The notes under the pieces: generated by a model
What the model was told of the DNA's origin: nothing
The model's input: the letters and a program-made list of their open reading frames with translations, nothing else
The model's database searches: none
Program-made: the position numbers and the translations under genes
DNA from: Kondoa subrosea
Taxonomy: Eukaryota
Direction: 5' to 3'
Length of the DNA stretch: 64,000 nt
Assembly: GCA_039545335.1 (NCBI GenBank)
Contig: BCIN01000002.1
Span: forward strand, 2,634,678 to 2,698,677
In this document: piece by piece, positions 53,743 through 64,000 of the stretch
How positions within the stretch are numbered: the stretch's first letter is position 1
How the letters are laid out: each line of letters starts with the position of its first letter

Positions 53743-56123
53743 TCAAGCTATATTGCCTAAAGCCCTCAAAAACTCTTTTGGCTGTAAAACCTCGCTTGAC
53801 CCATACGTAATCCTCTTCTTGCCCGGCCCAGAAGTATAACCAGCATTGCCCGCTTGAGTAGTTGATGATCGAGCAGCCAAATCCAAAAGATCCGAATACT
53901 CTACGTAACCTCCTCCTCCTACAACGAAGACCAATGCATCCGAGAAGGTCATCTTAGTCTTGCTTGCCATTCCTGAAGCAGCACCTCTTGATCGACCAGA
54001 TCGAGGGTCGAAATTGAGGTAGTCTTCAGTATCGTGAATGGCTTGGGAAGAAGCTGTTGAAGGATCCATGATAGCTTCTACTAGTCGTGTGATGGGTAGA
54101 CTCTTGTGTGCAGGTAGGAAGTTCTTTACTCCAGCCAATAAGTTGTCAAAGCCCACTCCTCCTTCTTTCAGCCTGTCAGTAAGCTATGGAAAGACTTAGC
54201 ATATATAGGAGCATTTGAGAAGGAGCACTCACTCTACTACTGAGGGAATTGAGACCGCGGAAGAGCTCAGTGCCAGCTGAAGCCATTTGCGGTTGTGCAG
54301 CAGTCGTAGTATAAGCAGACATTTTCGATATTTCCCTCGTTCTATGCCCTCGATCAGCTCTGAAGTACACCTTCGAATTGTCCAACTCACTTCTTCACAT
54401 ATTCCCACGGAGCTAAATCCACTCCCGTCTCCTTCAGCGCTCGCTCGAATTCGCTCAGATCTGAACTCGTCAACGCATTGTCGGCGACTGAAAGATAATA
54501 GCACATGAGTAATCGTAGTTTGTCTTCTGGATCGCCTTGAGGATGTGTTGTATCTCTCAGTGCTTCAAGAATAGTAGCTTTAGTCTGTTAGAGACAACAT
54601 TTGCCCAAATGATCACAATCAGAAGTGCAAATGAAGACTAACCTGTTTCGCTATCGTTTCTTCCGTTTCATAGAGTGTATCCAGCCCCCGATCTTTGATG
54701 CCTTCAAGTAAAGCAGAAGCGATGTTCATATGTGCATCGAGAGTATGTTTGCGAGCTTGCAGTTCCGGAAGAGCAGTAATTGCAGCTTTGAGATGCGCCG
54801 CATTAGAGCCCACATCTCTGTGAAACGAATGAAAATGTATGAGATAAGTCTCAAGCAATCATCCAAACTGCTCACATTTGGCTAACATCGCTGATATCGC
54901 CAATCCCTGTCGATTTGGTAATCTCCGCTGCGTCTGACTTGTACCTGTTCGATTGGAAACTCAAATATCAGTACTAGACTGACTTAACCAATGTTCGCAC
55001 GAACTTTGTCAATTCCGAATCGATTTCTTCAGCTACATGAGGGAAAGGACTAGCTGCGTTTTTCGCCCAAAAGAAATCTTTCGCGTCTAAATCGTAAGAC
55101 TTCTTCTGTAGTTTGCCTCCTTCAGGAGCCTGTGCGAAAGCATAAGCTATTGAAATACAGTCACGCAAGGGGATCAAAGCGAACCTGAACTGTTATCCTA
55201 TTCAGCTTCATCTCCAAAACATCATTCACCAATGCTTGATAAGTCCAAGAATGAGAAATCATCGGAACCAAATCGATATTGCGATCCAAAATGATGAGTA
55301 CAGGTCTCTGGAATCCAGCATCGTTTCCAGCTCCATTAAACAAATTCCCACCTTTTGAAGCCACATGATCCCTTAACCTACTATCCAATTTTCTAGCTAC
55401 TAATTCCGCTGCGTTTCCTCTTGGACAACGAATGATAGGTAATTGACCTAAAGTAGCTAAAACTGAAAAGAGACCACCAGCAATTCGATCGACTATTGCA
55501 TCAATATCTTCTTCTTTCGCTTTAGGATCATGTAAGAGTTCGTAAGTTGTCTTGTTATCTGTCGTTTTACTTGAGGAGGAAGAAGAAGAAGAAGAAAGGG
55601 AGAAGAGAGAGGGTTCAAGTACTACGAAATCCAAATATTGATCGTAAACTTGTTCAATGGAAGAAACAGCTCCATTGGCAGCGACTAGTTGAGCGAATTC
55701 TTCTAAAAGCGTTCGAGGTAGAGGTGAAGTGAAATTGATATAGCTGGATTCGTAGAGTGTCTTGCCTAGATCTTCTGCTATCCTTTGAATGTTCTCTGAA
55801 GTAGGTGACACAAAGTATACAGCTGGTACATCAGGTAAAGCTGGTCGATCAGAATGAAGCTGCATATGTAAAGTGACCCCGTTGTCGCGCAAGTCTTGAA
55901 CACGTAGAGTCGTAGCTAAGACATCTTGAGCTCTTGAGTCCAGTATAAGGACCTTCCATGTAGGTAGTGCTGTGCTTGAGGTGTTGAGAGCATTCAGATT
56001 TAGCATACTGACGAGCGAATGGACTTGGAAATCTCGCAACGAGGTGAGCTGCTTCAGCGAGGATGAAGAGGTTGAGCTGGTTCCAGCGTTGCCCGTGTTA
56101 GCCATCCCACCAAAGGCTGACAT
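53743..56123 (-). CDS. SLY1: Sec1/Munc18-family protein Sly1
   Basis: [87 protein letters not shown]. Confidence 0.95.
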
Positions 56124-56336
56124 GGTTGCAATCCTTTCTAATGGTCGAATAGGTCAAGACGCGAGAGAGTCAATTTATCGGGTCTCAGTGCAGACAAGTA
56201 AAAGCTATAGTCTCATTGCACATTTCTCATGGCCGCTTCTACATGTGATAATCCCTGCTAGTTTAATCAACAGCCTGCAGAATCTTGAAGATGAGCTACC
56301 TCGAAGCACAGGCATGCAAGTCTTGCTGACCTGCAC

Positions 56337-57115
56337 CTAGAAACCGCCCTGCTTGTCCATCTTTTTAGCTGCCTCATCTCTCTCGTGTTCGGCCTTTGCT
56401 TTCTGCAAAATGGTTGCGAGGCATGAGCAAGAAGACTTGCTAATAAGCGAACAGCAATTACCTGCTCTTTCGTAACATAGCCTGACTTGGCGAGCATGTC
56501 CGCCATAGAAGCTTTACCAGATTCTCCGCTGTAGGCAGGCACAATCCCAAATCGGTTTCGAATGCTGAATACAGGCTGCGCCGACCTACGCTTTTGCGGT
56601 TTCTGCAGCTGCATCAGAGAAGACCTATTGCTTGTATTCTCAGATACAAGCGCGATCATGATTGAGGAGGAGGAGAACTTACACCGACAATAGTATCCTT
56701 TAGCGAAGCAGCAGCTTCCTCTGTGCGTTGCAAATGATGCTAACATCAGACAATACTGAAGCAGCTTTGCGAGGACGCACTAGCAGTCTGTTTCCTCTCC
56801 TAAAGGCAAAGTGGAGCATGAGTCGTATTGATTGCTGTGAATGGATAATGGGGTATGCTCACTGATGTAGAAGCTTTGTTGACGTTCGTCTGTCCAGTTC
56901 CAGATTGTACAGGTTCGCCTAGCTTCTCCTTCTGTAATACTCAGCTGTGAAGAGAAGCTCCACCAGCAGTTGCACCAGGAACTTACCCTTTGACATGCTG
57001 CAATCGAGAAAGCGCGCTGAGAACTGTAGAGCAACGGATGGCTTAGCACTGTTTGTGCTATGATTAATCGCTGAGCTTACCTGACAGCTACACGACGAGA
57101 AAGTGCGAATGACAT
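56337..57115 (-). CDS. Small (~110 aa) hydrophilic protein with putative mitochondrial presequence, 6 introns
   Basis: Manual splicing: MSFALSRRVAVSSQRAFSIAACQRKEKLGEPVQSG..AKEAAASLKDTIVG..EHERDEAAKKMDKQGGF. Confidence 0.7.
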
Positions 57116-57303
57116 GGTTGACTTTAACAGAAAGACAAACATTTGGGCGGGATCGAGAGACTGGCTTGTACGAACTTACTTTGTCCAAGCATTTACAGAG
57201 TACACGAATGATAACTATCTACAGCCCTTCCACAAACTTTCCATTCCCCTGCGCATTCCTCCACTGGGGTAAGTCGATCACATCTTACCAACTACTACAA
57301 CTC

Positions 57304-59946
57304 TCAGACTTCTTCATAGCTTCGTTTCGTCCCTCTAGATTCATACTGTGGTTGTACTTGACCCATTCTAGCCAGATGTTCTAAGTATTCAAGTGAGTGA
57401 ACTGGCGCGTAACAACGTTGCTGGAAAATTGGTGCAGGCGGTGAACTGAACCAAAGCAATTCATTCGTAGAAGGATCACATCGGAATCGGGAGGCTGTGC
57501 ATTCAATGTCCTTTCTAAGTCAATATCGAACTGGGATTCTCAATGACTCACAAAGTTGTTCTGGTAATGGATAGAATTGATCTGCATCGGCCGCAGCTTC
57601 GATCGGCCTGATCTCTTGAGGTAACGCTTCATATACTGGAGAAGGTGCATAATTTTGGGCAGGTGCGTTGATTCGTAGTGTTTGAGGTGCTTGAACTTGA
57701 GCTGGTATTGTTGCCTGTGCTTTCCTTTGCGGTAACTGTAAGCCATGGAAAGTGAGTTAGTCGCAGATACATGACTAGCAACTCCTAGACTTACAGTCCG
57801 TCTTGTTTCTGCTGGAACTGGCTGTGCCGAACCAGGCTGAGGAAGATCAGCAAAAGGACCAGGAACCTTGACCAAATTCAGAGGTTGAGGGAACAGATTT
57901 AGATCAGCCTGTTGTTCAGCGACTCGGATCTCTTCAGGCATGCATGTAGTCCTGTTCGGCGACGCAACGTTAAGCGAATAATCGCATAGCACTACTTCGA
58001 ACGAACCAGTTCTTGATCTTCTTCATTGTCTTGTCCTTATATCGATTCTCACAGATATATAAAGGCATACCAGGAGTCCAGATTGGCGGTTTTGGTCGTC
58101 CTCTAATGTATTTAGTATTGAACATGCTTAAGCGAATCGAGAGTCGTCAGCAGAAACTAATGTAATAAGCTGAGCATAAACCTACACGCAGCACCTCTCG
58201 ATGAAATCTTCGACATGATGCTCTTGGTAAGTATGAGTCTTGAAGACTTCGTTCTCGTAGAATTGACGGTTTTGAGGATGAATAGTTTCTTCAGGTCGAA
58301 GATACCACACTACGCTCATAACTCTTTGTTGCATACTGTAAGCAATGGATGACTACTATGAGCGTGAACCTCATACATCGAATCCTTTGCTCACCCTTGT
58401 TTCTTGAGCAACTTATGGATTTGACCGACAATGCAAGTCTCCGGCTTGCCAGGATTGTAAAGATGAACCCAATCTCCAGCTCTTAGTACTTCTCCTTTGA
58501 AATTGACGCTTTCTAAAACGACTCTATTGATGTAATTCATTTTCGCTCCGCTCGAGATTTCTTTCACTGTTCCGAGTGGTTCAGGTAAAGTAGCACCATC
58601 CAATCGAGTAGCATCTTGGTAGATCTTTTGTAGAGTAAGTACATCACCATATTGCAGTTTATTGCTGTCCGGACTCATCCAACGTCGAGCATCGGTAAAG
58701 AGCTTCTTTAGATCTCGATCGAAATTCGCTACATCTTGATAAGCGTTATTGAACAATCTAGTTTCAATGATCTCGAGAGTAATAGGATCTTGTATCTTGG
58801 TATAATAATCTGGTGAAAGAGCTTGAGGTGGAGCGCGAAGAAGAGGAGCACAAAGCGGTCGACCAGATGGATGTCGAGCTCCTTTGATGGTTCCAAAAAT
58901 CCTCATCAATACTTCTCCTTGTGCCGGATGACCTGCTGCGAGACTTTGCAGCCAACCTGGATCTTCGTCTGGATACTTGTCTTCCTTTTTGCCCCTCGTG
59001 ACTTCGACCATATCCTCACCATCACTAACGACACTGGCACTTCTTCGAGCTTTCTTGGCATCTGGTTTAGTCTTGCCTTTGGTGTTTGCTCGAGATGTAG
59101 AAGCATAAGGAGAGGGACCAGGAGAAAGCATTGCAGCATCGGGTGAACCGGTGAAGTCTACAATGGAAGGATAGCCTTCTTGAGGCGGTAAAAGATCTGG
59201 AGCAGCGTTTGAAGCCATTTGAAGTAAAGCAGCTAGATCGTGAGCTCCGGAGAGAGCATTATGATCATCATCTATCGTAGCAGACATTCGAGCTTGATTT
59301 GGATTCGTTTCGTCTTCCGGTCCAGCGTATATGCCGGATTGAATATAAGCTCGATGAATCGCGTCTGTTTCAGGATGAGAATAGCCTCCCCAATCTTTGC
59401 GCGCTTTCTTAGGTGTGGTCTTGCCAGACAATTCTTCTGGTGAATCTCTTCGAACAGGCAAAATCATCGATCCACTTGGACCTAACAAATTCGCAAACGA
59501 GTCCCAGATTTCGTCAATACCACTTCGACATCTGTCAGCATCTCGCCAGACTTCGGATGATTTCTTGTAGTATTCCTGGCCATTAAGAAAGACGAGTTTT
59601 AGATCCGTATATACTTGCTGTAGTGATGTATACTGATGATCCTCCAGCCTAATTTCATCTTTTCAAACGTCGCAAGTCATATAGCGAAGCAGAACATACG
59701 CTTTCTACAAAATCAAGAGGTAGTCTCAGTTCAGTTGGGCAGTGAACTTGCGGAAGAGGGACTCACTCGAACAGTATTTATCGACCGAGGACTAGGAATA
59801 CGCGTGTAGTAATCCGCGTTCTCAGCAGGCGAAGGGACATCCCTATAACGAAGCGCTATAATGCGTTTGTTCCTATTGCTGAAGTCGGCCAAGGTATTGA
59901 CCACATTCAACAAGGCTTCATGCTGAGCCTCAGTGATGACCTCCAT
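57304..59946 (-). CDS. RSC1: Rsc1/Rsc2-like chromatin remodeller subunit (2 bromodomains + BAH)
   Basis: DYYTRIPSP and PDYYTKIQDPITL bromodomains; GDWVHL, IVGQI, VVWYLRPEETIHP, FYENEVFKT BAH; WFSSPAP C-terminal motif. Confidence 0.88.
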
Positions 59947-60160
59947 CCTGACCACGTCCTGCCTTGAAGTCGCCCCAAAGTATTGGTTCAGTGTCAAGAG
60001 GCATATTTTTGCTTTAACCTCATTACGTGATATCGAAAGCTGGACTTCCACAAGCAGTCATGTCGAAGGATGCTGAAGCTACTGCGGAGCTCAATCGCGT
60101 CGTCTTAAAAGCTCTCATGGGAACAAAACGAAGTCAATTCGGTCAAACTCTCCCTGCTGC

Positions 60161-61057
60161 TCACTGCAATGCCTCTTCCAATTCCTTCAGGTACCTTCTA
60201 CCGTGTGGTAGATCCAGCAATTCCCATGCCTCGCTCTCCGCCATTTCGCGGATACCCTTTTGTAATTCCTGTTCCTCTAAAGTCTTCGCTTGTATGAGTG
60301 CTTTCATAGCTGCTGGTAGAACATTTCTGGCTTGAGTATCGCGATCTGCGAGAGTCGCGTAGGCGTCGAAGATGGAGCAGGTGAGGAATTGTATCTTTGA
60401 TATCCGTTGATTTGGCGGTAAGAGGGCTACAGAATCAGAGAAGTCCTTGATCAACGTTTCTGGTATTGCGTGATGGTTTGTAGCTCTTAGAGATGTCCAT
60501 AGTAGCAGCAAATCGAGCGATTCATCTACTTGCATATCCGGTTCATCCAGCAATGTCAAATTCTCACGCGTAGGTGACAGCGCTAAGTCCTTCTCTAGTT
60601 GTCTAAGTTGTCGTAAGAAAGACTTGTTAGGCTCTATGCTTGGTCGCTGGGCTTTCACATCGCAGAAGGTCGTCTCGAGATTCCTACCTTCGCTTTGCAT
60701 TAGGTAAGCCAAAACCAGAGTTGCCGAGCGCGATATGCCTTCCCTGCAATGAACCAGAACCTTTCCATCCATCCTGCGAGCTTTGCTGATGAAGGCAGAG
60801 ACTTCAGCGAAATAAGGTGAAAGAAATTGATCAGTGCTATCTTTGACAGCGAGCTGGAGGTATGAGAAGTGTTCGGGGAAGAAGTTTGAGTACTCGTAGG
60901 TCGCGTTGATCACATGCGTGATGCCTAGACTTTGCAGGAGGGCAAGATCGCTTGCAGCTTCGATATTGGAAAGAAACAGAAAGGCTCGGACTAAGGTCAT
61001 AGTGCTGGCTGGCAGATTGGTATTCAGGTCGTTCGCTGCCATTTTTCCTATTGTCAT
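60161..61057 (-). CDS. Intronless dual-specificity protein phosphatase with C-terminal MA3-like helical domain
   Basis: LGITHVINAT, VKD, VLVHCREGISRSATLVLAYLM, RPSIEPNKSFLRQL; start at 61057 or 61042. Confidence 0.9.
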   Translation of the reverse strand: MTIGKMAANDLNTNLPASTMTLVRAFLFLSNIEAASDLALLQSLGITHVINATYEYSNFFPEHFSYLQLAVKDSTDQFLSPYFAEVSAFISKARRMDGKVLVHCREGISRSATLVLAYLMQSEGRNLETTFCDVKAQRPSIEPNKSFLRQLRQLEKDLALSPTRENLTLLDEPDMQVDESLDLLLLWTSLRATNHHAIPETLIKDFSDSVALLPPNQRISKIQFLTCSIFDAYATLADRDTQARNVLPAAMKALIQAKTLEEQELQKGIREMAESEAWELLDLPHGRRYLKELEEALQ

Positions 61058-61425
61058 GAAGAGATGCGCTACCCGAAAGTGAAGAAATGGTTGTATGCAG
61101 AAGAGCTCAAATCTCAGAAAGGCTGAGCTATCCAGAGCTCTCGCATGAATGTGGCAGAAGCACATCAGCTTCTCATATATGCACTCAAAGGAAATCAATC
61201 AGCGCTAGAGCAGCCTTTCCCTATGTCCGCTTTGAGCAGTTTCAGATAATCACCAATCTGTACTGGGCTTCGATATGCAGCAAAGGTGAAATACTGGCTA
61301 GCGATCAGCTTGGCATGTACGAAGCACTGAAGAGCAGGACATACCGGGTGAAAAAAATAGCGGAAGCGGCCCTTGCTACCAAAGAACTGATTGACCGTTC
61401 CGATAGCCCGATAGCCAACGCGCTA

Positions 61426-63000
61426 TCATATCTCTTCCCAGGCAACCGAGCCAAATCCTCGTAAGTAACCATCCTCATCGACCCTATCGTACTGTTGAAT
61501 CCGAATCTTGCCATTACCGTAACAACCAAAACTTCTCAGCATACTGTTTCCGCGCCTTCTGTCCTCATTGAACTCGAAGACCAGATCCAATCCTTCTGGC
61601 AATTGACGTGCTAGCCAACTGAATCCGTCCTTGACTGCTTGAAGTATGACGGCCTGATCGACATTTCGGATTTGCCTGCGCTGATTTATCTCTGCATCCA
61701 CTTCATCGTTGCTTTCCCCAGTGTCTTCATCGTTCTCAAAGACATCGTATAGCGGTAATAGATCAGGCCTGAAAGTGAAGCTTCTGAGTAGCGGAAAGGT
61801 TGTTCTGGAAACGAAACGAAGAAAAGGATGCATGAAGGTGAAAGAGTCATCGAAGCCGATGGAGTAGTATTCTTCGTCTTGATCAGACCTCATTGACAAT
61901 GTAAGTAAATAGGGACAAGGATCGAAGAAGAGCTGAGAAAAATGATCGCTGATATGGCAAGCGTAGCTGTAAGCAGAATCCGCAGTCCAGAAATCCAATT
62001 GCAGATGCTGTAAGTTAGGAAACATAGAATCAAGGCTGCGATCTGGAAGCACCTCCCCCAGTGCTACTGCAATTAGGCGAAGTGTTGTAACGCTGCCCAT
62101 AACATAGCAGTTGCAGATATGGTTTAAGAATGATGGCAGATCGTCTTGTTGTTCGCGCTCGCCAACGTCCCACACGTATTCCCGCATGTGCGATGCTTGT
62201 TGCAACAGATCAGCTGGTCCTACACCTTCAAGAGATCTGGTGAAAATTTTGCGAACACTAGGCGATATTCGAAGTTGATCCCGCGATAGACCGTCGAATC
62301 GCATCAGAGCGGGAAATGAGACTGTTTCAAGACGAGGCGCCATCAAGAACCAAGTCAAAAAGGTCCAAACGCCTTGAGGCACAGAACGGGTTCCGGCACC
62401 GAAATATTGAAAGCTAAAGTGTTTGAGTAGTGATCGGAATGGCAGCTGCTTCAGAAGCCCGTGTGGTATTGAATATGGAATATGATCAGGATCTGTTGCG
62501 CCAGATGCATTTCCGAAGTCATCTTCCTTACGAGCGCAATGTATTAACATGATGGTGAAAGACTCGATACTTGTGCATCGCTCGAGAAGTGCTGTTATGC
62601 GCCATAGTTCTGCGATAAATGCATTACTTCGTCGACGTGGAGCATCTCCCCGTTGGTCGTCTCGCTCTGTGATGCACCAAGTGAACTCCTTGACCAAACC
62701 TGCGCGACAGGGTTGCTTTTCGATTGTTCTTGCAAGTTCATATCGTACAGATTGCTTTTCGGTAATCCTCCGATACAGACGAGGCAGTAACTGGTAACGG
62801 AAGCGCGCTGCAACAACTTCAGTTAGCGCTTCGAACCAGAAGCACAATTACTTACAGCAAGAGAGCGAGAGTCGAGCCAGATCACCGCCCAAGCGGTCTA
62901 TATCTGGTGTCTCCCAATAGTTTCCTTCTCTCGTATCGTCCTCCTCAAGACAATTCCAAATTAGTTCCAGCACTTCATCGGGAAGAAATGGAGCAGGCAT
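61426..63000 (-). CDS. F-box protein with LRR-like region (1 intron)
   Basis: Exon 1 MPAPFLPDEVLELIWNCL..LARLSLS (F-box-like), then LLPRLYRRI; FPNLQHLQLD and CPYLLTLSM repeats. Confidence 0.75.
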
Positions 63001-63574
63001 GCCAGCCAATTTTCGCTTTCCCTTCGCTTATTGATACGTCAAGATATAGTCTGGTGTAGAACCGGTCTTTGTATTCACCAAAAGGCTAGACAGAGCGAGT
63101 CTCGTGAACAAGGGCGAAATGTAGGTTTCGCCTTGCAAGCAGAGTATGGCGCCCAAGTCCAGCTAGGTTTAGCAACTCTTGTGCCTGCAAACCACAGCAG
63201 GTGGTTCTTGCAGTGTCTGGCTGGTGGATCTTTAGCTGAACTATTCCCGGACAAGAGTCACAAATTTATACTATGTCAAAATCACGGAAGGCGTGAGTCA
63301 CAGCAGAAGATCAATTCAAAGCTTCATGGATGGACTGCAGGTGTGCCGCAATGGAATACTGTACAATCTGAAAATCGAATGCAAGCCTCAAACCTCCTTG
63401 TCGCCCTTCTGAACGGCCGACGCTATCCAGCTTTACAGCTGGCTATTCAATGCCAAGTTAGCATCAGTACTTTGAGAGAGACGAGCTGGATCAGAAGACA
63501 TACTTGTTGCCGCAGCTTAAAAAAGCTGATGACCAAACGACAGGTCAATGCCATAGTCTGCGCCAGCGCATTGA

Positions 63575-64000
63575 TCACATTAGATCAGAGAAGCTCATCA
63601 TCGTTTGCCTGCAAGTGAGCCTGACTTCGGTATCAATAGACAGGACGAAACAGGAAGAAGCTTACAACCATGCCGTGGCGAACTGATCTTCATACTGCAG
63701 AGGGTCTACTCGAGTTCTATATCATTTAATATCAGCAGAGATTTTCTTTGTTTGACAAGAGAACTTACTCAATCTTGAGCTGCTTTGCCAATCTTTCGCG
63801 AGAGACGTGCTTATCACCCTTTTGCGCTTTGAGCAAGAACCAAATAATTTCGAATAGGAGGTAAACATCTTCTGGACTGCCTTTCTTTGATCCTTCCTTG
63901 TGTTTCTCTGCGGGAATCTGTAAGTGATAACAGTCTCGAATGTATGTACGAAATGCTCACCCATAATCATATCCACTGGAGATAAGACTGTGACCCAATA
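63575..64000 (-). CDS. 3' end of an unidentified spliced gene entering from the right edge
   Basis: Three GT-AG introns give ..PVDMIMEKHKEGSKKGSPEDVYLLFEIIWFLL..FATAWLQTMMSFSDLM*. Confidence 0.55.

Overview
Gene-dense, intron-rich fungal nuclear DNA, read as a basidiomycete and probably Pucciniomycotina (inferred from protein style and ~50-nt GT-AG introns with CTRAY-like branch points). I can reconstruct about 32 spliced protein-coding genes, mostly housekeeping: RPB1, RPA12, YNG2, RSC1/2-like, SLY1, RGP1, PUB1, PalH, uL23m, SMP3, PGC1, ChaC, GST, an Old Yellow Enzyme and others. I found no transposon, tRNA, rRNA or CRISPR array. The most unusual signal is the splicing architecture. There is an apparent single-nucleotide exon (A at 42871) in the CofD/UPF0052 gene, micro-exons of 5-17 nt that often fall inside catalytic motifs, a start codon split by an intron, several GC-AG introns, and an RPB1 CTD with no canonical YSPTSPS heptad that is cut by 8 introns. 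Also notable are an intronless dual-specificity phosphatase fused to an MA3-like domain and a histidine-phosphatase gene with an in-frame TAG. CDS coordinates are gene spans including introns, from manual splicing, and are unverified by RNA data.
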